NCBI GenBank assembly: GCA_951406725.2
Contig: OX597826.1
Location: forward strand, 60,326,001 to 60,390,000
From: Octopus vulgaris
Lineage: Eukaryota
Length of the DNA stretch: 64,000 bases
Direction: 5' to 3'
Part shown: in pieces, positions 1-14,515 of the stretch
Position numbering within the stretch: position 1 is the first letter of the stretch
Layout of the letters: every line of letters starts with the position of its first letter
Program-made: the position numbers and the translations under genes
Notes under the pieces: generated by a model
Database searches by the model: none
The model's input: only the letters and a program-made list of their open reading frames with translations
What the model was told of the DNA's origin: nothing

Positions 1-86
1 CCCAAAATTTGTGTAAATGTGCACGCACACAGACACACACAAATATATGTATAGAGACAGAGAGAACTAGATAGAAAGAGAGAGAG

Positions 87-202
<116 letters not shown>

Positions 203-203
203 T

Positions 204-241
<38 letters not shown>

Positions 242-245
242 CATT

Positions 246-280
<35 letters not shown>

Positions 281-1102
281 CATTATATATATATTAAGAA
301 ATAGATATACAAATATATGTGTGAGTGTGTGTGTGTACACATACATGCCTGCCTTTAAATTCATACTGTTGCGCATACACGTGTTCTAACGAGTGTACAT
401 AGGCATTATTTCTGTCTTTATACATGCGAAGCGTCAATGTTTTCCTGAAGAAAAAAGTCTTCACAACATTTGGGTGTAAATACACCTGACTCCAACACCG
501 TTTATTATATTTTGTGAATGTATAATTATACATACATGTTCCTCTAAATAGATGTAATGATATACTTTCATATCTCCTATTGTTTGAAGATATGTATCTA
601 TATTATCATGTCATTGTCCACGTGTGCTATGCATTTGTACGTTGTATCTTACTGTATAATTGCGTGTGGTGGTGCATGCTAATATGTAATAGTATATATC
701 TATGTGTATAGGTGTGTGTCTGTGTGTGTGTCTGTGTGCATGCGTGCATGCTTGTAAATGCATGATATGAATTTGCTTTTAACTGCTTATAGTTTTTGTT
801 CATCTTCTCAAATATATACCTTCATACCTGTTCATAATCGGAGTGGAAATTGCTTCATAATATATAGGTAACTCTATAAGGTTTACATGCACACACACAC
901 ACACACACACACACACCATATATATATGTATATATATATATATATATATATAGACATACATATGACAACACCCACAGAGTGATGCACACATGTTTATGCA
1001 CAGGTGAGCGCGCACGCACACATTGATGTATAATTATATACAACTCGTGTCTATACATATACGGTTATATCTGCGAACGTGTTTGTGTTTGTGACCGTGT
1101 AC

Positions 1103-1146
<44 letters not shown>

Positions 1147-1170
1147 TTATGTGTGTGTATGTGTGTGTGT

Positions 1171-1215
<45 letters not shown>

Positions 1216-1588
1216 TATATGTATATATATATATAATAAATATATATATATATATTATATATATTATATATATTATATACATATATATTTATACATATGT
1301 ATACATATGTATATATATGGATATATATGCGTATGTTCTTATGTTTTTATTGCTACAGATAGATATATTCACCAGATCACAAGTATTTTTCAATGTAGTT
1401 GTGAATATATTTTGCGGCTGATTCTATGGTCGTTATCAGCAACAAGTATGCTTCTTTCAAGTTTTTCCACACGTATGACAACAGATACACACACACACAC
1501 ACACACACACACGCACGCATATATATATATATAGAGAGAGAGAGAGAGGGGGAGAGAGAGCGAGAGAGAGAGTTAGATAGATAGATAA

Positions 1589-1619
<31 letters not shown>

Positions 1620-1637
1620 CATACATACATACATACA

Positions 1638-1669
<32 letters not shown>

Positions 1670-2038
1670 GATATATATGCATACATAAATATATTCATGT
1701 ACACATGAACTGCATACATATATTTGTAAGATACGTAAAGGATTATTAATAGAGAATACGAAAAATAACTGATACTATTAATTGTGTTTGCATATTGCAG
1801 TCAGTAGTAAACATATCCATAAGTGTATGTCTTCACTGTATGCATACATGCGCACACACACACACGCACTCACAAACACACACAAACTCACAAACACACA
1901 CACACTCGCAGAAGCATACACACTTATGATGTGTAACTTGGTATATATTCATATATATATATATTCAAGATGTGACCGCGTGTGTTTCGTTGGCGATTTC
2001 TTTTTCAGTCTTCCCTTCCTTGGATCTTTCCTTTTCCT

Positions 2039-2073
2039 GTTTCTGACGAAGAGCTCCGCTCGAAACGTTAGAC
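2039..2073 (+). ncRNA. Minimal type I hammerhead ribozyme motif (Penelope-type), canonical core
   Basis: GTTT-CTGACGA-A-GAGC(TCC)GCTC-GAAA-CG-TT-AGAC: stem I GTTT/AGAC, core CUGACGA, 4-bp stem II, palindromic stem III ACGT, predicted GUU site. It lies in a ~200-bp unit (1966-2165) between (TA)n tracts. Confidence 0.75.
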
Positions 2074-2168
2074 CCTCCTTCTTTCCTGAGCCTCCAATAA
2101 CACTATACTTGTTAGACGTCCTTGCGTTGTTGTCTTCTCTCTTTGTGTTTTCATGTTTGGATTAACTG

Positions 2169-2212
<44 letters not shown>

Positions 2213-2458
2213 TATATATATATAGATAGATAGATAGATATAGATATATATGTATGTATGCATGTATGTATGTATGTATGTATGTATGCATGTATGTATG
2301 TATGTATGTATGTATGTATGTATGTATGTATGTATGTATGTATGTATGTATGCATGTATTTCAATGATTTTATCCACTACATAAGCAGTATTGTATACGC
2401 TTATTTCTTCATTTCATTCTCCCTGTACATTTGGTTTTATGTGTGTATATATAGAATC

Positions 2459-3258
2459 ATGCTCTACACAAAAGAACCCTTGGAACTGTTTGGATTTCAA
2501 AGAGGCCATATTGTGGGTCTATCTGAAGGTGGACATGGCATAAAATTGCAGAAAATCTTTGGATATTGCATTTCACTAGAGAGGGGAAGGAATCCACATC
2601 TCTTCACCCAAGTTGACCAGGGCTCTCTTAGAAGACCCTTCATTTTGTTATGAGAAGTATGAAGGTTAATTCTTGTTGCAAGGCTTCTGACATAGCAGAA
2701 CACGTTGATGTCAGTCCCAGAATGGTTGTCAGGTATTTTCAGCAACTTGGTTAGTATGGCAGAGCAGCAAGAAGGAAGCCACTTCTTCGACCAGCCAATA
2801 TCAAGCGGAGAAACGATAGGGCCAGTGAAATGGTGGAAAGGCCACTCGCATTTTTGGACAGTGTCTTATTATGCAATTAGTCCAGATTTGTTGTACTTTC
2901 TGACAGTGGTCGAGTCCGAGTCTGGAGACTGTGATCAAGAATTTGACGCGAAAATACTGCAGCCATCGATGAAACATGGCAGATAATCTGTGAAGGTCTC
3001 TGGAGCGATTTGGAGCAATGATGGTTCAGAACTGATGGAGTGTGAGAGAAACATAAACTATGCTAAATATGTGTCCATATTGCAGAAAGGACTCCTTCCA
3101 ATCTTCTCCTGTAGTGAAATGAGTAAAGATACCCCATCTTCATTTATGGAAGATGGGGCACCTTGTTTCACGGCTAAAATGACCTAAGAATTGTCGGATA
3201 GGAAAGGTATTAAAAAGCTTCCATGGCCAAGCCAGTCACCGGATATGAACCCTATAGC
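2459..3258 (+). pseudogene. Tc1-type transposase remnant
   Basis: Frameshifted translation gives FQRGHIVGLSEGG, RAARRKPLL, GRVRVWR, FMEDGAPC and PWPSQSPDMNPI; several stops; no TIR seen. Confidence 0.9.
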
Positions 3259-4611
3259 ATTTCGCCCGCCGCAATAACGGTTCTGCCAAATCGCCGCCTT
3301 TCTTCTAACTAATAATGACTTACGCATGTGGCTAGTATATCCCGCATCCATGGTAAACATTCGCGAAATACTTATGGTAATCACTTCATATCAAGGTTAC
3401 TAATTTCTTTTTCCTCTTCGTCTGTGCTTTTGATAATGGTTTGCCGATTTCTAACTGAAACTGAATCTTAGCCGCATTTCTTCTGCTTTTCAAGCAACTG
3501 GTTTGCTCTTTTCCTAGTAGTTTATTATTATTATTAATTTATTTTACTATATCATTGCAGTTAATGGCTTTTCTAAGCTGTGGAAAATCATGTCATGGCT
3601 CTGTAAGTTTTAGTCTTCGCTGTTTCTGTAGTCTTCATGCTGAATATAGCATTCAATTAGTATTCCCCTCGGCAAACCAGTTAAGCGTTATATCCAACTC
3701 TTTCTGCACACATATTTAATCTAGGAGAAGAAATATTTTAACTAGATATTTGCGACAGATTCTTTTCTGATAACTTCTAGCTCTTTGTTTTTCTTATATA
3801 TATACTTCTCGCAATATTCGTACAGTCCCCCACCAAAGCAAGTTCAAATTTTGCGTTCTTTATTACCAGCAAGCATATACAATGATTACGTCGTTACCCA
3901 TACATCCACTCATAATAATATTAATCCTCTGCATATTAGGGTTGATTTCTATTTTGTTTTCATCTATTTCTTAGGGGCGGAGTGCAAACCTTTCATTTGT
4001 ACACAAAAATCGTTATCCTTTTTTATTCCGCTTAATTTCTGTTTGATTAAGTGAGAACATAACGCTTCAGGCATCCTTCGATTTCAAATAATTTACTCTC
4101 AGTTTATCATTTTCCTTTTCCAGTTTTGAGTTTTTGTTATTGATTCCATGAAGGGTTGTGAGATTTTTTGTTGTACATTATCTGTTATTTCTTTATTGAT
4201 ATTTTCCATGTTATTTACTTTCGTTTTCGCATTTCCATTTGAGAAGATCCGAGCGAGGGCCCACATTCCTTTAAAATTACCCTGGTTTTTTTCATATACT
4301 ATAAATTAAATCTGGTGGTATTTATACTTGTCTATACGAGGGTGGTCATTGCGTTTTGTATTCTTGCTACTTTGTCATTCAAAGTCGTATCTGGGAGCTG
4401 CGTCTTATTTCCACTTTAGGTTTACAGTTATTTATTTGTCAGGATTTACTTTTCCAGTGTCCAAGTTAACTAGTGTTCAGTGTAAGTTATACTGCATCAC
4501 AAAATGTATTTGATCTTCTCTTGGGCTTCCTTCGTTGACATTTTTGTCTTATATCAAACCATTTCTTGTTTAGTTTGGTATTTCTCATATGCTCTATACT
4601 AAACATCCTTG

Positions 4612-5178
4612 GTCTCAATTGCGCAGAATTGTTAGAGCGGTGGGTAAGATATGTTATACTGGTTTTAATGGTTTATTCGTTATCCCTTCAAACCACCGTA
4701 AGGTCAACATTGTTTTCTTATCTCTGCTGAGGCGATGAAATAATATATCTACCTACCTACCAACTAAAAATTTGGAGTCATATAATCGAGTAACCCACTC
4801 CAATTAAATTTCCGTATTTCGTCTGCCGCTACGTTCCCAGTTCAAATTCCGCCGAGGTCGACTTTGCTTTTCATCCTTTCGGTGTCGACTAAATAAGCAC
4901 CAGTTACGCACTGGGGTCGATGTAATCGACTTAATCCGTGTCTCTGTCCTTGTGTGTCTCCCCTGTCTTTAGCCCCTTGAGGCATGTAAAAAAAAGGTAT
5001 TTTATTTGCCGTTACGTTGAGTTCAAATTTCGCCGAGGTCGACTTTACCTTTCATCCTTTTGGGGTCGATTAAATAAGTACCAGTTACGCACTGGGGTCG
5101 ATGTAATCGACTTAATCACTTTGTCTGTATGTTTTTGTCTTTTGTATGTTTAGCTCTCTGTGGGCAATAAAAATTAAA
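4612..5178 (+). mobile_element. tRNA-derived SINE family A, tandem units
   Basis: Two B-box units (GTTCAAATT...CCGAGGTCGACTTT...ACCAGTTACGCACTGGGGTCGATGTAATCGAC) starting ~4813 and ~4996, preceded by a degenerate copy. Confidence 0.85.
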
Positions 5179-5837
5179 TACTTGATATCAATGTGGATCA
5201 GTGAAATGTAAAAAATAGAAACTAAAGTGTCCTTTTATCCCTCAGTATCATCAGAGAATTGACACATGATATCATTCCGTCTCAATGTCAAGTTAGATCT
5301 GAAACGTTTGAGATCTACGTGTTCATTTGATACTTGTATGGTATAGCATCTTTATCATCATTGCAAAAACTCCATAGTCACTAGAAAAAGTAATTTTACT
5401 CAGAAATACATCATATTGCATTCTTCCCAGAGGAAAAAAAAACAGGCCTCAAAACTTATCGCCAATATTTCAGAACGTCAACGTTGGTTTATTTGCCTGA
5501 GAGTGTGGCGAAATTACCAGCAAATAATATAATTTGTTAAAAATGTAAATGTTAAAGTAATAGGGCATATTGCGCACTTAGATACATTGCATCATTCGAA
5601 AATATATATGATGGTCACAGCTTGATCAATTTTCTTAATAGGTTTATGCATTTCAGGCTGACATGGAGATTAAAACATCTACAAGAACCACCGCCACTAC
5701 CACGGTGGAAACAACATTGGGAAGATTAACAACAATCTCTGAAAGGCGGACATCGGAATTTGTTAATAATTTGGCCTAAAAGCAAATGGTTACAAGGCAA
5801 AAAGCATACAGTCGTGTAGGAACATTAAGAGAAAACA

Positions 5838-5886
<49 letters not shown>

Positions 5887-7214
5887 CATGGTCACAAACA
5901 CAAACACGCTCGCAACCGTGGATGTATAGACACGAGTTGTATATAATTATACAATATTAAATGTTAGTTTAATGGATTTTCAGATAGAATAACAATTATT
6001 AAATACAGATAGAACCAAAGAGCTAATTAAAAGGTTTTATTATTTTATAAGAGATAGTGAGACAGCTAAGGTATGTTTTGCACTCTTATCCATTGAAAGT
6101 TATGAGATATGGATGGCAAAAATTACATCTGCTTTTGTTATATTTTGTTACGCCTCAACGCAGCTTCTTTCCTCGCGGTAAGAGAGTTAGGTTGCCTGTG
6201 TACATATGTATGTGTATGTGAAAATATGCGCTGGAACTCCTGTGTTCTTAAGGCTTTCGAAATGCTTCACATGATCCGCCACTTGATCAAAGAAAGCAAT
6301 CCATTACATACGTGACTTCAATCATAGAAGCCATAGAACAGTCAAAGTTTATTCCTAGCAAAATTGCAGATATCTCCCTGACTGACTGCTGAAACTATAA
6401 ATGTATGTACGTATGCATGCATGCAGGTATGTATGTATGTATGTATGTATGTATGTATGTATGTATGTATGTATGTATGTATGTATGTATGTATGTATGT
6501 ATGTATGTATGTATGTATGTATGTGTGTATGTATGTAAGGAATGAGGGTCTTCTGTTGCCAAAGCACCCTTCTTGAAAGGGTAAATTTCTAATCTTAAAA
6601 CTTCGGTTTCAAGCGGTAACTAGTCGTATAGCACCGGCTTACCACTTGGTGCTAATTACGGACGTTCGGAATCGGGTACAAATGTTGTACAAGTGCTTTT
6701 CTATAAACCAATAGTGTAAAGATGTCTCTTTATGATGCTTACATTAGTTTATCTTCAGAACGCCCTAGGGAGATGGAGGGAGATTTTAATTCGAGAGTTC
6801 ATTGGCAGAAATGAGTATACTAGTGACAAATAGGAATTACATGCGCAAAGAGTATAAAGATAGAATATGTATGTGTGTGTATATATGTATGTGCGTATGT
6901 ATGTATTTGTATGTATGCATGTATGTGTGAATGCATCTCTGCCTCTTCTGCATTTAATCATTTAAATTCTTCCACTGAAGGAGCTACTTTCTGAGAAAGA
7001 TACAAAGCTCTATCTTTGGAATATAGATAACGAAAACAATGCCACGTTTTAAACGTGAGAAAAGTTTTGCATTTTTTTACTGTTCTACATAAAGATTGTA
7101 TTTTTAATGCGCAAAACTGTTGATTAATTCCTTTTTCTGAAAATCAAAGCTGATCCAGATTGACAGTTAGGCATTTATTTACAAAACTAAATGCTCCAAT
7201 AATTACTGGTATGA

Positions 7215-7550
7215 AATTAAATTTGTAATCCGGACATAGAAGCTAGATGTTTTGAAGCAGTTTCCATAGTAGTCTTCTTTCTCTTCGAAAATCAAAGAGA
7301 TATTCACATTAGCAGGAAAGATGACCTCTATTATGGTACATACTTTTCCTTGTGTCTCAAACAACAAAATCCCGCCTGTTATGCCTACACTTGACAGATA
7401 TTTTGATGAGAATGTTCCACCAGTTTTTCTTGTCCTGGTATTTGTGTAGGTATTCAATAACACTGGGATTCTCCATATTTATTCCAGGACAGTCTTTTCC
7501 CCGAATGGTGTTGTATATTATTTTTGCGACAACGTCATGTCGCATAAGTA
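7215..7550 (-). mobile_element. RLE-type non-LTR retrotransposon fragment (restriction-like endonuclease domain)
   Basis: LMRHDVVAKIIY...WWNILIK...HNRRDFVV and KVCTIIEVIFPANVNI match the RHD...PD...E motifs of R2/R4/NeSL-group endonucleases. Confidence 0.8.
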
Positions 7551-7639
7551 TGTATGTATAATGGACGTATGAATGCATGTATTTATGAACGATGTGTGTA
7601 TGCATAAGCACTTGTACACATACATCCCAATGCATGGTT

Positions 7640-8640
7640 TACCGAAGTAGTCGTTTCTTCGTTTATACTCTTTTCGTGCTTGTCTACTGCACTCCGTTAC
7701 GAGATGGCTTATAGTTTTGCTCCTTTTCCCACAGATTCTGTGTTTGAAAGTGGTCCGAAACTTCTTTCAGATTCGTTCTAATAACTTGCCCATGAGTGAC
7801 TATATCCTAAGATTATGTTTATTACTTCAAGTTTCAGTCTGTCAGCAATAATCAGTGTTCATTACGGCTATTCTCCTCCGCTTGTTACATGAGTTGCTCA
7901 TTTAATAATTCTTTCTTTTCAAAAAAATTTCCTGTACTTTTTCATTTTGTTGTTATATTCTTTCACTCTAGCAGCGGATATTCTTTTGTCACTAACAACA
8001 ACAAACTAGATTCATTAAGTATGACTTCTGTATCCCCCCACAAAAAAAATTGTATCCTTCACTTTATTAATATTTTTAGTTTGTTTCATAATTTTTTTCT
8101 TTGTATCACATCGAAATGGTAGAATTCAAGTGGGTTCGATCTTGGAAAGAACTCACCACATGTAATCGCATTCATCCAAGTACTTCTCTATGATCTTCAC
8201 CGTTCCTAACAAGCAGGCCAAAGACATGTTTCCATGTACGTTTGCAAGCCAATCATTTCTGACCAGACCTTGAGACTCTTCTCCGTCGTTCGTAAGGCTC
8301 CAGTGACAATTACTACGGCTTTTTTTCTGCAATCCTCTAATCGTTTTATCTCTCTGTTCAGGTCCTGGTATATATCTAGACTGCTGAATTCTACTTTGAT
8401 TCTTGCATCAAATAGACAGGAGAGATAGGTATTTAGTCTGCTACCACTTCTCAAACATGAAGATATATAGTCTGTTATGCTCGAGAATAAGATCCGTTCG
8501 GATGGGAAAGTCGTAAACCAGTTGAACTTATTCTCCGTCACTTCTTCAGTTACATGTTCATATAACTTGTGTTTTGATGAAACGTCAGATCTCGGTCCAC
8601 ATTTCCCAATGTATGGTCAATGCAACATTATATCATGGCT
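7640..8640 (-). mobile_element. Degraded R4/Dong-like LINE fragments
   Basis: C-terminal-like peptide YQDLNREIKRL...VIVTGALRT...ACLLGTVKII at 8180-8400; weaker LINE-like pieces at 7640-8170. Confidence 0.65.
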
Positions 8641-8747
8641 CCAAGATATGTACGATTTCCGTGCGGTTTTGGTATATATGTATCTAAATGTAAAGAAATA
8701 TACGCATATATATACAAGTATATATAAATACATATATGATACATCTG

Positions 8748-8783
<36 letters not shown>

Positions 8784-8878
8784 GCTCTCGGCCGCCGGGT
8801 ATGTTTTGCGTCTGCGCGGATTTACAAACCGTTAGAGCTACACGTGCTCTAACGCTCTGTGCATCTAGGATTTAGAAG

Positions 8879-8928
8879 GCAACCCACTGACGAACCTTGC
8901 GTGGGCAAACATATTCTGTATGTTTTGC
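8879..8928 (+). ncRNA. Degenerate type I hammerhead motif
   Basis: GCAACCCA-CTGACGA-A-CCT(TGCGT)GGG-CAAA-CA(TATTC)TG-TA-TGTTTTGC. All three stems are recognisable, but GAAA reads CAAA. Confidence 0.5.
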
Positions 8929-9169
8929 TAGAAAGAGATAGAAACTGATCAGTCTGGGATACATCTATAATGGTAAATGTTTTAGATTTTCATTCCTTTG
9001 ATGAATTTATCCTTCTTTGTGTTTCTAGCACTTGCTTCCTTATTTGGGAGCCTTTATTATGTTTCTATACGAAAAATATATTAGTCTAATGACTAATTCG
9101 TCTTTTGTGCTAGGCCACTGGTAATAATAACTTATGTTATTACCCTTTTTAATTATATATATGTATATA

Positions 9170-9205
<36 letters not shown>

Positions 9206-9210
9206 TATAT

Positions 9211-9241
<31 letters not shown>

Positions 9242-9303
9242 ATCAGACAGACAGAGAAATAGATAGATATATAGATAGCTAGATAGCTAGCTAGCTAGCT
9301 AGC

Positions 9304-9381
<78 letters not shown>

Positions 9382-9606
9382 TTTATGCAACTCATATAAG
9401 AACTAAGCTTATTGGTTGAGCAATCACTGGTATGGCAATATTCCAATGTCCGTTTGAGCAGGAAGGTGAACACGGAAGCCAAGGGATATTGCCGACCGAA
9501 TGTGCAATAACCTCATCCACGACCATTGGTGGTATTTTGCATGGGCAATAATCATTGATGATCTTCCTCGTTTGCGATGTGACAGCGTTCATATGTATGT
9601 ATGTAG

Positions 9607-9681
<75 letters not shown>

Positions 9682-9808
9682 GATTTGGCTCAAAATGACT
9701 TCTCTATGAATTGACCGCTGCCAAATATACAAGCCAACGAAATGGAAACCTGGACCACCGGCTGCAGCACGAACCTCTTTACAAATGCACATGTTTGTAT
9801 TTATCTCT

Positions 9809-9882
<74 letters not shown>

Positions 9883-9897
9883 ACATATATATGTATA

Positions 9898-9939
<42 letters not shown>

Positions 9940-10398
9940 TCTTATCTCGTATTATATGATAAAATTAGACATAAGTAGTAATTAGACATGCATGAACATC
10001 AGACGGTACATATTAATTCGCCTAATCAAGGCATTTATATCCTGAGAGTGCTCTACGTCAGTACTTGTAGATTGTTAAGTTCACTTCAGAAATGATTGTG
10101 CGATATACAATACTACGTCCTTTAAAGTCCAACAACACGTTACTTATTCTAAGTGCCAACCATAAAGAGAACCATTGTGTAAGTCAATACATAGACTTAC
10201 ATATAAGAGGAAAATAAGTGAAAGATACACACATCCATGCATAAAAACGCCCGCACACGCGATAGACAAAGAAATGGACAGACAGATAGACAGACAGACA
10301 GACAGAGAGTTAGACAGAGGGAGGGAGAAAGAAATACGATTGAGTAGATGGATAGATATAGATATAGATATAATCATATATACATAAGCATAAGAATT

Positions 10399-10464
<66 letters not shown>

Positions 10465-11313
10465 TATATATATGTTTGTGTGTGTATGTGTGCGTGTCTG
10501 TGTGCGTGAATAGGCATATGAGTGTCTATACACATATTTATACATATTTATGAATATATTTATGCGTATACGCATATGCATATATATGTTCCTGTGTGTG
10601 CTTGTGTGTGAGAGAGAGTGTGTGCATATGTATGTGTATCAACTTATAACACAAATTGTAAGTACTTAATGTTAAAGTATATTATAAATAGCGTAAATAT
10701 GTATGTAAATCTAAAGGTGGTGTGGTTATGAATATTAATAAATATCCATGCATATACACACAACCATGAGTATACACTATACATATGCATTTAATTTTAT
10801 AGGCACGCACATACATAAATATTTACATTCACATATACATACATACATACACGGCTATTCGATTGGCTGTGTCTTCTGTAACGCTTGGCGAGTCTCTTGC
10901 ATTCAGCCTAATGAAGCATCGAGAGATATCTTGTGAATATCTCCTTGAAGAATCCTGTCCTTTCAACATGAATTGCCTAGTAACGGCATCAACTTGTACA
11001 GGACTCAGACTCTTATTGTGTTAGAAGCTGTCAATGTTTACCATTCTCACTACTTTGACACACTAAACTCGAAGGAAAACACAAATTTCTTCTTTAATTA
11101 CTGTTTCTGTATTTGCCACAAGTGTATGCCAGATATCAACGCAGTAGAAGACAACAACTGAATAACGTAAAATAACACACGGCGATAGAATGGCTAATTC
11201 GATATTATAAAAACATTTACATAAGGTATACCGCTGAATTACATCTTTACCTGTCACTATCAAGTTTCCTGCGATAAGGGCTTTCGTCAATACTATTATC
11301 TATCTATCTATCA

Positions 11314-11447
<134 letters not shown>

Positions 11448-11786
11448 ATATATATATATATTTATATATCTATGTGTCTGTATAGGTGTGCGTTTATGTG
11501 TCAGTTGAATATTTAAAATTTAAAGTAAATTGAAATATATCCAAATTGCACAGTTCATACTCCGATTCGGATTTGCTATTATATGCTCTTGAATAATAAC
11601 TTTCTCGTTTACGTTTATTCATATCTGGTCTTCGTCTCTCTCTCTCCCTTCTCTCTATTTCTCTCTCTCTCTCCATCTCCCTTTTCTCTATTTCTCTCTG
11701 TATATGTATATGTATAAACACATATATTTATGTATCTATAGTGTATATGTATGTCTGTCTGTGTGTATACACCACATATACGCATG

Positions 11787-11827
<41 letters not shown>

Positions 11828-11836
11828 TACACATAT

Positions 11837-11878
<42 letters not shown>

Positions 11879-11946
11879 ATATAATATAATATAATATAAT
11901 ATATAATATATAATATATAATATATAATATATAATATATAAAAGAA

Positions 11947-12051
11947 AATGGAAATTGGAAAATTAATAATTGTTTATCATTAACAACAAATCAATCATCA
12001 TGATTGATTTGTTGTTAATAATAAACAATTATTAACTTTCCAATCTCCATT
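11947..12051. repeat. Near-perfect palindrome, 51-bp arms, 3-nt loop
   Basis: 11947-11997 versus the reverse complement of 12001-12051: 3 mismatches. Confidence 0.9.
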
Positions 12052-12235
12052 ACTTTTTCTTTACTTATATAAATATAAACTATGTATTTTCATATATACC
12101 TACTATTTTAAGGAAATTAATAACCCCAAAATATTATGTATTGAACCTGTATTTCCTTGAATGAAGTCACTCTTTCATGAGGTTAGCACAACCTCTAATT
12201 TATATATACAGACATATATGTATATATATATATAA

Positions 12236-12317
<82 letters not shown>

Positions 12318-12515
12318 TACCTGGCGTACCCTCGCCTGTTCGAAGTTTCTAATGACACAGCTTCGTGTATCACATAGCTAGCTAGCTAGAGGCAATGGCC
12401 CCTTGGAGCTAATCAACGGTAGCATTCGTCCTACTTTTCTGAACTACCAGGTTAGCTTGGTGATACCTATTAATATATACATACATACTTACATATATAT
12501 ATATATATATATATA

Positions 12516-13390
12516 TGGCACAAGGAATTTATGGAAACAAGAACAGTATTGGATAAAGTGAGGGGTAAACGACCCAAATTGTCTCAGGAAAACATCGATC
12601 ATTTAAGAGGAGCATTTGCTAGTTGTCCTATAAATTCCATACCAATTGCTACCACTCAGTTATGGCTACACACTAGTTACAGCTTGCACAAAGTTCTTCA
12701 CAAATCCTTTTTGATTGTACGCTTACAACGTGCAACTGCAACAGGCACTCCAACCAAATGATAAATCAAGACGAAACGAGTTTGCACTTAACATTCTAGA
12801 ACGAATTTCTGAGGATGCAGCTTTCCTAAATCGTGTTTGTCTTAGTGATGAGCAACCTTTCGTGCTTCTGGGAAACTGAACACACATAATGTGATTATTA
12901 GGAGATCAGAACAGCCCCATTTGACAAGGGAACTTCACTGTGATAGACCAATTGTGAATGTCTGGTGTGGGATGATATGCAAGCGCATCACAAATCCAAA
13001 ATTTTTAGAAATATTTACCTTGATCTTTTGACTGAATATGTGCAGCCACAACTGGGTATCTATTAACCAGCTGTTATTTTCCAGCAGGATGGTGTGCCAC
13101 CACAATGGGAACTACATGTTCGTGGGTTCCTAAATTAGATATTTCTAGATCGATGGATTCGTAGGGATGGCACAATTCCCTGGGTACCTCGTTACCCGAA
13201 TATCACTTACCTAGCATTTTTATGGGATGATGTTAAAGACACCGTGTATCGAAGAAAAATACGGGACATCAACGACCTTGAAGCAAAGAATCACTGTTAT
13301 CCTTGCCACCATTGATAAAGTTACGATACAGTGAACATGGCAAGTAATTGATGACAGTCCTGGTGTGCTTTGTGCAACTAGTGCATTGAA
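12516..13390 (+). pseudogene. Tc1/mariner-superfamily DD41D (rosa-type) transposase remnant
   Basis: LSDE, VNVWCG, FQQDGVPP, RWIRRDG and WVPRYPNITYLA motifs; 41 residues between the second D and the mutated third-D position; frameshifts and stops. Confidence 0.9.
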
Positions 13391-13454
13391 TGAGGCAACA
13401 AAACTTCACTGTCTACTCCTCATTTTGTAATAATTTCGACAGGTTTATTTGCAT

Positions 13455-14235
13455 TGAATTACAAAAATATCGTCGATATAGGATTTTCCTTTCCTGAATC
13501 CAGCTTGGTCTTAGCGAAGGAATTGGTCAACTGCTGCTGTTATGCGCTGCAATATGATATAGGTGAATCTATTACTGGTGGTTGATAATTGGAGAGTGAT
13601 TCCTCTCCAATTATTATTACTGTTTGATGCATCACATTTCTTTAGTAATTCAACAATTAGACCTTTTTACCAGCTGTTTAGTATTTCCTCATTGATCTAG
13701 ATATTTTGTAAAACTTTTTGCAAAATAATTGGTAATGTTTTAACCTCTGCTTTAAGCATTTCAGCACAAACTCTATCTAATTCTGATGATATCCCATTTT
13801 TTTGTTTTTGATTTACGTATAACGTTTACGACGTCGTTTACCGTGATCTCTCCAGTTTTGATTACCAAGTCCTCATCTGCTTTTTTTCAGTTGAGATTAT
13901 GACCTCCGGGCGATTATGGATAGTTTGCAAGTGGTTCTTCCATAATTCTAGATTGGTTTTTACGTCAGTTACTTTGATTCCATCTGCACCTTATACAAGT
14001 AGATCGTAGTATCTTCCTTGATCGCCATAACGACGCATTTTCATTATTTTGTACAATGATCTTAAACCTTTATTAAACCTGATAATTCAGCTTCTTCAGC
14101 TCATTGGTGTGTGTTTCTCCGTTCGACAGTCCGTACAGATTTCTTTACTGCCTTATCGTAATTCCTATATTGCATCATATACTTTTCTTCTCGTTTGGTT
14201 GATGTATAAGTGAGAAGCTTCCTCTTTATTACTAA
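13455..14235 (-). mobile_element. RTE-like LINE reverse-transcriptase fragment
   Basis: VCAEMLKA, WRGITL and ILQRITAAVDQFLR*DQAGFRKGKSYIDDIF motifs, plus YDKAVKKSVR upstream. Confidence 0.85.
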
Positions 14236-14236
14236 A

Positions 14237-14515
14237 GCCTTGTGAGAGGATTTGGTAGACGGAAACTGAAAGAAGCCTGTCGTATATATATATATGTTTG
14301 TGTGTGTGTGTGTGTGTTTGCCCCCACCCAACATCACTTGACAACAAATACTGGTGGTTTTATTACCCCGTAACCTAGCGGTTCGTCAAAAGTGGTTGAT
14401 AGAATACGTGCTAGGCTTTAAAAGAAAATGTCCTGCGGTCGATTTGCTCGACTAAATGCGGTGCTCAAGCATGGCCGCAGTCAAATTACTGAAGCAAGGA
14501 AAAGAATAAAAGAAT
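14237..14515 (+). mobile_element. SINE family B, 5'-truncated
   Basis: Matches the body and 3' end of the full copy at 43897-44304, including the internal TA/TG microsatellite. Confidence 0.85.

Noticed and set aside
3270-4600. Possible host exon or LINE ORF on the minus strand
   Set aside because: Frequent stops and no motif I could identify with confidence.
11251-11296. Minus-strand TTGACGA...GAAA
   Set aside because: Weak stem II, and G at the cleavage position.
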